Shown piece after piece: positions 1-45,859 of a DNA stretch of 64,000 nucleotides (position 1 is its first letter; each line of letters begins with the position of its first letter). The notes under the pieces are model-generated. The model was not told the origin of the DNA, searched no databases, and saw nothing but the letters and a program-made list of their open reading frames with translations. A program made the translations under genes and the position numbers. The stretch comes from the human T2T-CHM13v2.0 reference genome, Homo sapiens. The stretch lies in the NCBI RefSeq assembly GCF_009914755.1, contig NC_060946.1. One strand, written 5' to 3'.

Positions 1-3000
1 GCGTTACCTGTGCCAGGCCGTGGCGCGTTACAGCACCAGGCCATCACTGACAGAAACGTTTACTTAACGAATGTTCTTAAACCAGTGTGTACTTCAGGCG
101 TTTCCTTTTGTTTCTCTGTGTTGTGTATTTCCTGTGTATGTGGTTTTGCTTAGGCAGGTATAACTTAGCGAAGACTTTTAAGTATTGCACCTTTTTTTGA
201 TTTTTGACCTCTTCCCCCCACCTTGTAATTTTGCTTTTTTAATTTCGGTATTTAAATACTTTTTTTTTTTTTTAAGCATCAATGTAGTAGTACTCTGGGC
301 CGAACAGGGGTCAACGTTTAATCTACAGTTATCACCAACATGTATGTACTTATGTTGGAATCAAAATGTATCAAACTGCTTATTGTGAAGAGAATTATAG
401 CAGACCTGAAGGGGGCGAAAAACCAGATAGGGTGGGGGGATGGATGCCGGTGACGTGCTAGCACTTGTGTGGACATCCCAGTCTGCATTATGCTGTTTAA
501 CATAAAGTGCCGACATTTTGTACCAGCAAATACCTGCCCATTCCAACCCTTGGTGGGAGCAGACCTCTACTGTCCTCTGTAACTTGCTGCTATTGAGGAC
601 AAGGGAGTTTTTCTTTCTTTAGCGTCTTCAGTGAAGGATACAATACAACAATGCCTAATGTATTTGACTTTTTAGCTTGTGTCTGTGTGTAGGTGGGTGG
701 GTGGGTGTGTATAGGAAAAGCCTAAAACAAGTTATTTGCATTTCAGTGGTTTTGTGAGACAAAGAATGGGAAATTCTGTAGCCCTTCTGGCTTACCCTGT
801 TGATTATAAACCTAGCCTCAAAAGAGATTGACAGGCATGACTCAAGTGAGTGTTCACATATACAAGCCTGCATGAGCCCTCTGTGGGTAGGTGGTCACAC
901 TTGGCATCTGCAGCATTGACGTGGCCCCGCTGGGTGCCTTGAGCATGCCCTCTTCCTGCTCTGCAATTTGAATCACCACCGTGCCCCTTCCACCACTGTT
1001 CCCCATGCAAAAGCTCTGCTTCCAGCAGCCCCCACTGACCGCTCTCTGTGTGGAGCAAAGTGCTGTCGTGCGGTGACCACCAGGTGAAGAGCAGCTTGTA
1101 TTCAGACATCTAGAGAAGGTTAAATCTTAGTGTCCCTGGGCCAGGAGCATATCCCAAGGCTCCTGCGAGCCAGTGGCGACCCTGTCCACTGCCGCTCTTG
1201 GTTCACTGCTGTGTCCTGCCCCACCCTCCTCTCCTCCTGCCTGTTGGTTCCTTGACCTGCACTATGGGTTAGTTGAGTTCCTTACGATACTACGGTGAAA
1301 GCCGGGTGCTAGAGCCCCTCTTGTTTACAAGACATAATGAGGGATTTGAAATATGTAAAAATAAACATGAGAAGCTAAAATGTTCTTCCATCATAAGCTT
1401 AAAGGGAAAAAAACTAAAAACTTTAAAAAAAAAAGACCAAAAAGTGCGTATATATATACATATAAATATATATTTTAGATGAAGACTAACTCTGGGAGCA
1501 TTTAACAGTGTTTTTTGTTTCTGTTTTTAACATTTGTTTTCCTGCTTTAAAATTTGCAAGCATTCTCAGGAATTCTAGGGTAGGAAGCCAGTTTTTTGAA
1601 GATGGTTTATTTAACCATATCTTATCCTAGAGAGATGGCTGTTTCTTTCCTGTTAATAAACTTTTACAAGTTCCTGAAACTTCAGAAAGTTTAAACAATT
1701 TTTACTTAAAAAAATGTAAAAAGAAAAGTCTCCAAACATTATTGTCATACTGGGGATCACACATTTTAAAACACATAGAAATATTTTTTAAAAATTATCA
1801 ATTTAGCAGCAACAGGTAAATTCATTATCTTAAAAATATGGGAGAAGGATTAAGCTTTGTAAGAGCTCGATCATGGATTCTTTTGAAATTGTGTGTAGTT
1901 TAATGGGAGAGTGTTTGGTGTATATAGATGAGAATGCCATCACTTTGTTCCTTTCCATTTGAGACTGAACTGAAATCTCCCCTAGTAATTTTTATTTTTT
2001 TAAAGGAACCCTTCTCCTTGTCCCCACAACCCCAGCAACAAAAGAAAGGAAGGAAGGAAGAAACAACAGCTTAAAAAAAAAAGTAATCTGTAAAATAGTA
2101 CAGTTGGATTGCTGAGAATCTATGTAAAGAGTTAGGAGATATAGGTTAATAATTTTTGGAACAAATTTTAAATATAGGCATTACTAGAGGAAAATTATCT
2201 ATGGACTGTCCTATTAATGAAGAATGTCTGTCTTACCTCCGTTTGTTTTGGGAGGAGGAGAAAATATAGAAGAATCTAATAAGGAACAAGTGATTTTACT
2301 TTTTTAGCTCCCAGCTACTGTTGTGCTCGTTTTAATTGCTGTTTTGAAGATCTGCTGCTTAATTATCCCCATCCCTTAGCCGGAGATGTGGAGTGTTTCC
2401 TTTCAGTTTTTGGTGATGTTGAATTCTTTTGTATTCCCTCCTGGGGCCAGGGGTCAGAATTCCCAAGCATGACCACAGCTTCTTTTAAACATTAAGCTTC
2501 CCAGTGGGAAGGAAACTCCAGCTCGACAGGTAAAGGGAGTGGGTGGGGTTGCTGCCTGCAATTTCTCTAAAACCGCTTTAGTGCCTTCGTACATACACCC
2601 AGACATCCTGAGCAAGGGGGACGCACATGTGTGTGTGTGTGGTCCAGTCACTCCACAGATGTAAGATACTCACCCATAAAGGAAATTGGAGTGGTTCTGG
2701 ACAGGCCCCAAAGGCAGTGGGCTGAATTTAAAATAAATAAACAAACGTCAAGCAAGTTAATATGCTTATGTCTCAGTAATGTAGAATGCCAAGTTCCTTC
2801 CTGTGTCGTGTGCCCTCCATTACTGTGCATTGATTCCTCCAGGTGTGTAATTGTGACAACTGCAGTGATTTGGAAAGTCTCTTTGTCTTGGGCAAATAGA
2901 AGGGGTTCCTGTTGTTCTGCTCTTGTCCTTCGTCTCCTCCCCTTTTCCCCCAGACCTCCCCCTTCTTTTTGTCAACTTGCTGGGAGCTTTGCTTTATTGG

Positions 3001-6000
3001 TTGGCAGTGACCTAAGAACAGGATATGGTGAGGATGTCATGGAAGAGAAGAGCTCTTTCCGTGGTATTCTTTGGCAAGAGCCATGTCTACTAAGAGGTTA
3101 GGTGACTTCAGTATACTTATAAAATTCAGTGAGAGTGCCTTCTTCTCTTCTACCACACTCTGGCATAGATACAGGCTTGCTGGTCACCTCTCATTACATA
3201 GATTTATTTTAAAAACATTTTGATTATGTTAATTTGAGCTTTCCCTTTTTTTTTTTTAACTACTTTTTAAAACACTTGATTACTAGTGGCTTAGAGGTGT
3301 GTACATCTCCTGAACATCACAAACTTGGTTTCTACCTACCACACGAGTAGCCAAAAGAAAAGAAGCACTAATAGAGAAAGGGGTGTCTCACACCAGACAG
3401 AGGACCTCTGCTGTCAATTAGATCCAGTATCATGACCTAACTTTAAGTGTGGAAAAGAGTTCAGATCTCTGAGACACTGTGAAGAAATGGATGGCTCATG
3501 TAACATCTCTGATCCCTCAGTCCCCAACCCTGGACGTGTTTCATTTACAACATTCATAGGAGTTAACTTAGCAGTGTTGCAAGTTAAGGTTCCAAACCAA
3601 ATTATTTAATCAGTGTCCCCCCAATAAATCACTTATCCATTTATTGCTAGTTAGTTTTATTTATAGCAACTTGATTTCCTATGAGTATGGCTCCTGTTGT
3701 AAGAATTTTCCCACCTCTTCTGACATGAATGTAGCATAAGTTAGCAATCGGTTCTTCCAAACTCCTGTGGGTTGAATATGGTATAGAAGGTATGCAAGAG
3801 GAAAAAGAAAGGAAAAGATAAAACTCCTGCCTGAGAATTTGGAAGCACCTTTATTAACACATATATCTCGCAGAAACTAGAAGCTCATAGGCTGTTAACT
3901 TTTTGCAACTATTCACTCATTTTTACCACTTTTTTTTTTGGGTGAGGGGGTGATTTTTGTAAGGTTAACAGCCAGATTCCATTTTGACCTCAGATGCTGT
4001 GTACTTTTTAATTTCATTTTTTATATTCTGCCATCTTGACTCTTCTCTAAAACAGAATGAAAATGTCTGCATGCTGAGCAAAATGCTTACGCCAAGCCTG
4101 TTTTTCTCTGCAGAGTAAACAGGATGTTTTCAGCAGACTTGGCTCTAATAGCCATCTCTAAGATTAGGGAACAATTGAGTCTTTATGTAGAAAAGATCCA
4201 TTTTTTCCCCATCCTCAGAGTTAAAATTCAACATTTAAAGCTTTATCGGTTATTGTTTTAGATTTGAGATTTTTGTTTTTAAGTATCTATAAGATCTTTA
4301 GAAGTGAGATAAATTTTTCGCTGGTTAAAAAAAATCAAACTTTCCTCTGCAGTGTTTTTGCCAAGTTTTGTCACACTTCATGTGTATGCATTAACTATAC
4401 TTCTTAGTGTTACTGCAAAAAAAAAAAACAAAAACAAAACAAAAAAAAGCCTTGTTCTTTAATTGTGTTTTTCCTCCTGTGAGTGGACAACTAAAGCCGC
4501 GTGATGATGCGGATGAAAATATTCTGGTCTGTGTGTATACAATGAATTGTCAGTCTTCAGACCTCATGGTCGTTAAGAAAATAGGGAACTCACAAACCCT
4601 GCTGCGCACTACATTTACTTCTTTATCTGCAAGTACAGGGAGTCCATACAGTCAAGAAACACACAGATACACATAATGCTATTGAGGACATTGTCATTCT
4701 GTAAGAAAACAGAATATTATCTAGATTTCCAGAGTTAGTGCAGACCCTGTGATAACAGTCTGTGGGTTTGTGGCCAGCGCCAAAGGTGTGTGTATTTTCA
4801 GAAATGGTCCCTATTTGTCAGTGATAGTGTTTTTTTTTTCTTAAGTTTGACAAAGGGGGTGGTAATATCACATTCTTTAGATTTGAAATAATTATCAGCT
4901 CCAAGAATCTGTGAACATAGTAATAACAATAAAAATTCAACATCGACCCTCCCTAACCTGCTCACCATACCTCCCCACCCCATGCCTCTGAAGAAAGAGG
5001 CCATGAACCTACGAGGTGGTAAAGGGGGACACAGGTCAGGGAGTGGAGAGCTACTCCTCCAGCAGCTCAGCACCCACACTGCCCGCATGCGTGTGGCCAC
5101 CGGGACCAGATCCCGAGTGATTGTGGCATACCCCTAATATTTGAGTAGTTTTTAAGCTGTCAGTCTCTTGTCATAACCTCCTACCGCCACCCAAAAAAGT
5201 AACGAAAGTTGCAGTAACTGCCAGTGTTTGCCTCACCAAATTTAAATCGTTCCCTTTTCAGTTAGCTATATACCTGAATTTGTTTTTAACAAGAAACTGT
5301 ACATGGCCAGGAAAAATGGTACTACCTTGGCCAAAGGGTCTTTGCAAAAAGCTCAGTCTTCAGTTCTTCACTGTGACAAATGCTTATCTTGTTCATGGGA
5401 GGGGAAAGATCAGATAAATAGGCAAGAAGTACTCTGTTTTAAATAAAGAATAAATAGTGTCCGTTTAAAGCACTTTGTGCCTCAACTTCATTTTTAAACT
5501 GTAAATCATTGCTTTGGAAATAAATTCCCAATTATAATTGACCCATATCTAGCCAATATCAACAAGTTGGGATGGCTTTTGTTTTTTTCTTTTTTTTCAA
5601 AAAGGGAAATTCCTCTTTACTGCTCACAGTAAGCTGCAAAAGAAAGTTGTCAAGGTGGCTTATGATGCTGTTGTAGCAGAGCTGTGAAAGGAAGTGCTTT
5701 GCTTTCTCTCCCGCCTTCCGGAATCTGGCGTTCCTTCCCCTTCGGCTACTGAAAGGTGTGTACAACTCCCAGAGGGGTGGCTGTAAAAGTTGACTGGAGG
5801 CAAAGTGGAGTGGCCTTATTGCCAGGACTAGCCCTACAGAAGAGCTTTACAGAGAGGAGGACAGTACATCCTATGTGTGTTCGCCAAAAATGGGAAAGGT
5901 GGGTATTTAGGCAAAACAAAATAAAAACCTTTGGAACCCTTTAAGAAGTTACATACCTTTTAAAGGTAGTATAGTTTCTCACCAAGTGATGCATTTTAGC

Positions 6001-8456
6001 ATGACACTTCTTGCCAGAAATTTTGGGATAAGTTGGAATAAATGTGTTTAAAACATCATCCACCGCCCTTTTTAAATTTTGTCTAAGGAATTACTTAAGT
6101 ATAGTATTTCTGAATGTGCCTTTGTGAGTACAGAGACCGTCTGTTCTAGGAAGAGGCTATCCGTTGGATACAAACAAACAGACGGTCAGCTTTAGTCATT
6201 AGGGAAGTCAAAGTTCCTCCTGGAAGTCCCAGGAGCAGCTGTTGAGATTTCATTAGCATCAATATTGCACAGTGTAGAGTTGAGTGGAAGAGATTCTGGG
6301 ACTTGGGAGAGGAGACAGGGGAAGGTACCCAGGCGACGCAGACCCACGTTAGTCCAAGAGCGCAGGTTTACACATCTGCATTCCCTAGTTTTCTCCGTCT
6401 GTATGTTTGTGCTCATGTGGCTTTGGCTGTTTTGTTTTTTGTTTTTCTGTAAGCACTGGAGAATTGGAATATGGTGATACTTGTGACACATTCATGCATG
6501 TAAACAAGGCATTTTCCAGCTTCTGCCGTGTGCAGAGCGGGCAGCACGCTTTTACCCTTTGAGTCTGTGTCCTGAGGCGGCCATTACATTCCCACATGGG
6601 CGTCACATCACGTTGCTGTTGATGCAAACAGGGTATTACACACAAGGAAAAGGGGTTTTGAAGAGTTAAGATTGAAGTGTTTGAGAAAGAAAAGAGAAAA
6701 ATCTGAAATCATATTTTATTTCTTCAGAGCTATTATAGTTGAACACAGAAATCTGCAGTGTCTTTATTTGTTTTTATGTTTTAAACAATTTCACCTCTTC
6801 TCCCCACTCCTATCTTCTAAAGAAATATCAAGCAAATGCTAAGGGCCATTTCCATGATTCCTCAGAGCTCCCCCAAAGAGGAGAACAGTCCCTCCCACTC
6901 GATTCCTTCAGCTTCATTCAGGAAGACACAGGGAGGAGAGATGCTGCTTCTGCGCTTTGCTCTCATTCCTCTCTCATGGCCTTGAAATGTATTATTATGC
7001 AAATGTGAATTTTGATACTGAATTTAAGAAGAGGTTGTTGGATTTTTTTTTTTTTTTTTTTTTTTCAAAAAAAAAAGTCCCACATGTGGTCATCGTCGCT
7101 TCTTTATGTTGTAAGGTGAATTGTAACTATGCATTCTGCAAAGGGGGTGGGGAGGAGAGGGCAGAAAGGGGAAGGGAGTAGCGTTGCATCCTTGTTCTTC
7201 AGTTTCTGTGTCCATGGTGTCCCCGTGTCCTGGAGGGGAAGGGGAGTGAGAGACGAATGTGGTAAGGTCAGCACAGTGAGATAGAGACCTCTGAGTCCTC
7301 TTGCCACTGTTGCTGGCAGGTCTGATGGCCAGGTAAATTCCAGGGGGCCTGCAGTTCCTGTCAACCAATGTGGTTCAGGATTCTTGATCCTAGCCGTGCA
7401 GTGTTAATCCAGTGCAGCAATGGAACTCCACAGGCTCCAGTGTTCTCTGGAAAAAGTACTCATCCTTTCCTGAATTCAGAGCCCTTCAAGCTCAGGAAAC
7501 CACGCTTCACTCGTGCTGACCTGAAAGTTAATCTTTAGGTCGATTTTGAAAAACTCCGCCTCCTCTCTCCTTTTTAATATTTCTTTCTTCCTTTTTAATC
7601 ATGTTTAAGTGAACTTACTCTTAGTTATAAGGAACTGTCCTGCTTTGTGGGGAAGAGGGCTGTTGCTTGTCAGGCAAAAAAGTTTTCTCTTCCTACCCAC
7701 CATCCCTCTCTCTGCTTCCCTTGCATTTGGCAGGCTGTATGAAGCCAATGAGCTGCGAGGTGTTTTGACAGGGGAGGTCTGCATGCAGCCTCTTCTTTGT
7801 CCTAACAATTCCTTTGTTGATCTTGCCTGTGATGAATCATAGCGCCTGCATTGCTCTGGTCTAGGCATTATTTGCAACACACAGTATCGTAAGCGAGAGA
7901 TTGTTCTGCCTATATTCAGTGTTTTCCATGCAGCAATTCTTCTTGTTGACGTTCACAGTACTGTAACGAGTAACAGACTTGATCACAGTCTCCTCGTGCC
8001 TGTGCAGGGCTGCACAGGCATGATCTTATCAGGGTTCCAATCTGTTAGATTGCCTTTAAACAAAAAAAACAACAAAAAAATAAAATCCTGACGTTTCAAC
8101 TGTCTCACACAAAATAATACCTCGAGGTACATTTCCCCCTGCAATGTAAACCCTTAACTCCTCTCTCCTTTCTGACATCAGTGGATTATCCTTTTTAAAA
8201 TATGAACATGTAAATAGCAGGATAACTTTAAAAAACATTTTCTTTGCTGTGAAAGTAACCCTAAAATATGTTTTCTTCTTTTGTATTTTTTTGGTTTTTG
8301 TTTTTAAGCCATCAGAAGTTTCAGATCTTTACTCTTTCATGTTTAAGAAGAAAGAGCAGAGGAGGTCGGGGGAGCCGGTTTGCATTTGTGTTGGAGGGGT
8401 GTTATCTCCATTGCCTCCCACACAGTGACAGCAGACCAGTATGTAAACCCTGTCTT

Positions 8457-9033
<577 letters not shown>

Positions 9034-11185
9034 TTATGCTCTGGAAATGTACTGATTTCTTACTTGGGAGGAAACTTGTGTAAGGAGATGTGCAAACCAC
9101 CCTGAAAGCCATGTGCATCCTCACCTCTTCCATTACCCCCTCCATGAGCTCGAAGCGACATTAAGTAGAGGGAAATGCTTTTAACAAATGCTGCTCATGT
9201 GGATCTGTCAGCTATTGCTTGCCTAGATTTGGGCACCCATGAAGCAGGGTTGGAATGGATCATTTTGAATTGCTTCTTTGCAGACACCCCCTTCGCCCCC
9301 ATCTTTAAGATAAACCCTTTACTAGTCAAGAAGCCCTTTTCAGTTGGATCTCACTGATCTTGTATAGTGACGACTTCCTTTGAAGGAAGAAGCTTGATTA
9401 TAAGTGCATGCATATTATCCACCCACCTTCTGATTTGGGCACTGTTCACCTTGGAATTTTATTTATTTTGTTTATCTGGAGGCCCTTTTTCTATCAGTCT
9501 CTGATCCCTCATGGGTTCTGCCTGCCCTTGTATCTCTTGTACAATGCTCCCAAAGGGCTTTGCTGATCTCTGCACTTCTTTCCTGGGACACTCCCCCCAC
9601 CACCACCCTTTGCACACACCAGTGACCAAAGTGTATGCAGTGATCTCACAGAAGACATCAAAAATGGTGCATGCACCGTGAATGTGCTCACAGAGACACG
9701 TGCACAAGATTCTGCACCCTTGGCCTTAATCTCAGTATGACTTAAGGTGCAGGAACATTTTTAACAGGTTTTAAAAAAACAAAAAACCCTTCTGGGAGGA
9801 AAAAAATAAAAAGCAGATACAACAGCTCAACTGTTCCCACTCCTAACTCTCCACTATGTGCTTATAACTTCACATTCTATGCCCTCCCCGCCACCCACCT
9901 CATCCCTGTTCTGCGTAACCAAAAAACAGACAACAAAAGCAACCTGAGGAGAGGTTTCTGGACTATTTTATCTGTCTCCATTTAGATGGAGATATAAATG
10001 CTGCTTTGGGTTCCATAATCCTAGGGGGCTATGTTTACATAGTAAAATACATCCTACCAAATCAGGAAACAGTGAATAATGGGAGTCACTTCACAGAGAC
10101 GCAGGAGGACCTGGGGGGCGTAGCAGAGGAGGATAGGTAGAGAAGTACCATTTTAATTATTTGTGACTTGTGGCTTCCTTCCTCCTCTCCTCCTCCCTCC
10201 ACGTCTCTCTTTGCCCCCTTTAGACAGAAGGTGCAGAAAAGGGCATCAAAAAGAGGCTGGATTTTTTAAAAGGCAGCTTTCCAACTTTGCACACAAACAG
10301 GTAACAGGAAGGTACAGCAAAAATCCTCTCATCTGAAACACTGTCAGCAGAAACAAAACCTGTAAAAATGACTAATCAGCTGCACATATTGATGCTCTCT
10401 GCAAGTTACCTTTAAGTGTTTTTTTTTTCTTATACTTGAAGTTGCTTTTACGATATTATTTTGGTGGCTTTCTTTTCTCTCTTTGATGGGCAATAGAGGA
10501 AGTAGATAATGGGATTTAAGGACGCCTGGGGGAGAAAAGGGAGGATGTGGCATTGTCTTTTTTTTTTTTTTTTTTTTTTTTTTTAGCATAGAGGTTTAAT
10601 CAAACTCCCATATGTTGAAATTGCTCCTCATATTACTGGTTTTACATGGACACAGAAACTAGGCACTTTAGAGGTGCACTTGCATGGCAGGCTGGGCCCC
10701 CTTTTCTATATTTTATTTTCCTTTTTAGTATAGTGGTACTTAAAATCACTGGTTCACTTAAAAAAACAAACAATAAAATGTTAAACTCTACTAATGTACA
10801 AATAAGCTGAAAAGTTGCATTTTATGTGTATTTTTTGCCATAGCAGGTACTGTATTTCTCATGCTGGATTTCAAAAAAAAAAAAAAAAGTATCAAAAACA
10901 AAAAAAACTAAAGGGTGGTGTTTTATTGGATTGTGACAGGTTGAGTAATAAGGAATTAAGTCGTCGTCATTTCATTAAAACTGAGAGATGATGTAATGCA
11001 TATATAAGAGTTTTCTGAAGGGTTTTTTTTGGGCTTTTAAACAGCTTATTTTTGTTTTTGTTTAGTTTTTTTATTTTATTTTATTTTGGAAAGATATGAT
11101 TGTATTATGTGCAACTCAGTTGCTTACATTATAACTACAAAATATTTTTGGGTTCCTGGAAAAAAAAAAAAAAAGAAAAAAGACT

Positions 11186-11191
11186 AATAAA
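11186..11191 (+). terminator. TNRC6B: Distal poly(A) signal AATAAA
   Basis: AATAAA with upstream TGTA (11101) and a downstream GU/U-rich element (ttgtggtttcctgtttt, ~11218-11235). Repeat density jumps shortly after it. Confidence 0.8.
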
Positions 11192-11445
11192 TGTGTTTGG
11201 CTGCTAAGCATTTACTATTGTGGTTTCCTGTTTTATTCTGCCAGTTTAATTTGCTCATTTGTTGAATGTTTATATATTTTTTCTTATTCTTCTCTCCCTG
11301 CTCCACATGTAAAAGCTGTCAGAAATTCAACATTTGAATTTGGGCCGCAACTCTGTCTACCTTGTCTTGTCATGTTTTTGTTAGGGTTGTTGGGTTGGCT
11401 GGTTGGTTTGTGCTGCTCACCGCCTGCCCCAATGCTGAACATGGT

Positions 11446-11721
11446 CTGCCACAGTGCAGGGTTCAAATTCTCTAAGAGAAATTAATGTTCTCCTTCTACC
11501 TTTGGCTGTTGTCTTGTTTAATCATAATTTGCACTTGGAATGAGAACACGAGAAGAGAGAAGAGGCCTGCCTAGAGTTCTGCTGCCACAGTGCAGGGTTC
11601 AAATTCTCTAAGAGAAATTAATGTTCTCCTTCTACCTTTGGCTGTTGCCTTGTTTAATCATAATTTGCACTTGGAATGAGAACACGAGAAGAGAGAAGAG
11701 GCCTGCCTAGAGTTCTGCTGC
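11446..11721. repeat. 136-bp tandem duplication (2 copies)
   Basis: 11446-11581 equals 11582-11717 except T11512/C11648. CTGC microhomology at 11718-11721. Confidence 0.97.
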
Positions 11722-12057
11722 ATCCCACTGCTGCAGTGCCCAGGGATGATAACCAGCGAGTTAGCTTTGTCCAGAAAATGCCATGCTGAGTGCCCGTCTG
11801 CCCTGCTTCGGGTGCCGCAACACTGCTGAGGAGCATGATAACCGCAACCATTAGGCTAGATTTTCCCCATCTCCGATGTATTTATGGTTAGCTGCTAAAA
11901 TAGAGACTTGTGAGATATGTAATTGTGAAACACCTCTAGAATGGTAAAGAGGAAGAATGGACAGGAACTAATACTTACTCATTTCCAGATGCTTTTGTAT
12001 CTGATTTTATTCTCAGAATGCTGTGAGAAAGATCATTAGGAAGCTGAGGCTCAGAAT

Positions 12058-12986
<929 letters not shown>

Positions 12987-13169
12987 TCAAAAACACGGAG
13001 GGCCTGCCTGTCACAGGTAGGTGCTCTTATTGAGGAATACAGATCACTGCAGAGACTGTAAAGACCTTTGTTACCAAAGGCTTTGTTTTAAATTTGAATT
13101 ATTTTAAAAATGTGTAAATGGCTAAGGAGTAATATATTGTAGAATTAAAGGTGATTGTTTAGACCTTAG

Positions 13170-15970
<2,801 letters not shown>

Positions 15971-15996
15971 ACATTTCAAAGCATAAACCTGATGAA

Positions 15997-21682
<5,686 letters not shown>

Positions 21683-21759
21683 AAGGAAGTCTTAATGTAC
21701 CTCTTTTCAGACAGGAAAACTAAAGTGTAGCGCGGCTAAGTAACGTAGGAAGCATCAAT

Positions 21760-41929
<20,170 letters not shown>

Positions 41930-41941
41930 AGTTGGAAGAGA

Positions 41942-41947
41942 ATTAAA
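41942..41947 (+). terminator. ADSL: Proximal poly(A) signal ATTAAA (variant AGTAAA at 42134-42139)
   Basis: ATTAAA begins 13 nt after the stop codon, followed by U/GU-rich sequence. Confidence 0.65.
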
Positions 41948-42533
41948 CGAAAATCATTGTTAATTGCTGAGGCATGAAAATTGTGTTACTATAATGCCTT
42001 ATTTTACCTCGAGAATTGTTACCTTAAATTAGTACAGCACTTTCTTCTTCCCATGGTGCTTTCCTGTTTCTCAGTCTCACATTTCTCAACAAGGCAAAAA
42101 CAAAGAGCGTTGAAGTTGACTCTGCTCTTGCATAGTAAATGTAGTTCATACTTGATCTCTGTTCTTTCAAGGCATATTTTCCAGCTGCCTCAAGTTTAGT
42201 CCTTTTCACGTGTTCATTTGCTTGTAAAGTAGCAAGAAATTTCTGGTCCTGTCTTCTAAAAGTGAATTTGATCTAGGTCTAGCAAAATAACCTGGACTCA
42301 GTGATTGAGTCAATGGTCAGATACCTTTTATTTCGGTTATTTTTGGCTAGTATAAGTGATGAAGTTTGGAACTACAGTAAATACTTAAAAAAAAAAAAAA
42401 AAAAGAACCAAACCCTGATGTGACCATCAGGCTGATTGAGCTGAAGTTGTGCCCAAGCTCATTTCATCTTTTGATAAGGCTTATACAGCAGGGAAATGCT
42501 AATTGAGTATATTGATTTCATCAGGGCCGCTGA

Positions 42534-43018
<485 letters not shown>

Positions 43019-43079
43019 ATAGCTGATTGAAGCAACTGTAGCCAAAGATTGAGTTAATTACCTACCTGCCAGGAGAGCA

Positions 43080-43740
43080 CTAGTGTTATTTAGCCCATTC
43101 TCATCCTACATATTTTTCGGCATAGATGAAAATGAAAGCTTTTGTTTATCAGATTTGCAGATGACACAAAACTGGGAGAATTAACAAGTATGTTTATTTG
43201 GTAAAATAAGTTTTCATCTCTAACCTAAATCGGCTGAAATGATGTGTCCTAAACTAGAGGAAAAAGTTAATAAAGATCAATGTAAATAAGTTAATCTTAA
43301 ACTCAGTATGCACCAGAACTGAGAGAAGACTGTTTTAGGAGGTGTTAATGGTTGTCCAGTGCCCAAAAAGCCACCAGAGGCTTACTGCTCCGCACTCTTG
43401 GCATTACATTCAATTTTGGATACCCAGTCTGAGGAATAGAGATGAACTGGAGAGCCAACCTCCAAAAAGATCTTGTGGTGGAGGAATGTTAGGGCTCTTT
43501 ATCCTATACAGAAGAAAACTCCTCGGCACTTCAAATATTGCCAGGTGCAGGAAGAGTGACTTGATTGTGTGTTGCCCCAAGAGACACACTGAGCTCAATA
43601 CCCATTACTGAGACTGGCTTGGGGCCAGACATTGGAACCACTGAGATTAGCAACCTACACTCAATCCCCCAGGTCAGGCAGAAGCTGGAAGACTGCCTCG
43701 TTAGGAATGTTGTGAGGGAGAGGAGGCTGAATCGGTTCCA
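43080..43740 (+). mobile_element. L3/CR1 LINE remnant
   Basis: 43145-43177 translates FIRFADDTKLG (CR1 RT catalytic motif). Downstream HYIQFWIP..RDELE and LGLFILYRRKL resemble the CR1 ORF2 C-terminus (YCVQFWAP..DKLE, LGLFSLEKRRL). Confidence 0.8.
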
Positions 43741-43961
43741 GTTTTATTTAAAAGTAGCCAGGAAATCAGGTTGCGATGATGCGCATTTACAGTCCCAGCT
43801 ACTTGGGAAGCTGAGGCGATAGGGTCACTTGAGCCCAAGAGTTTAGTCCAGGCTGGGTGACAGCGAGCCCTTGTCACTTAAAGCCAACCTAAGAGAAGAG
43901 CTTATCCTTTTGGAAAAACAATAGAAGACAATTCTGAAAACCAAATTCTGAACATAGGCTA

Positions 43962-45782
<1,821 letters not shown>

Positions 45783-45859
45783 TTAGCAAGTTATTTGCAG
45801 CGTCTATCTCCCACCACCCTGACTGCTGGTCCACACCATACTGTCCCAAGCTTCTCAGG

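Noticed and set aside
2631-3101. 156-aa ORF in the long 3' UTR
   Set aside because: GTG start, no recognisable domain and no supporting exon structure. Chance length is plausible.
11160-11181. A-tracts (also ~4417-4448 and 10873-10888) as retrocopy tails or transcript ends
   Set aside because: No TSDs or upstream retroelement. They are genomic A-runs that can cause internal oligo-dT priming artefacts.
11446-11721. Duplication or other direct repeats as a CRISPR-like array
   Set aside because: Two contiguous copies without spacers, eukaryotic context and no cas genes.
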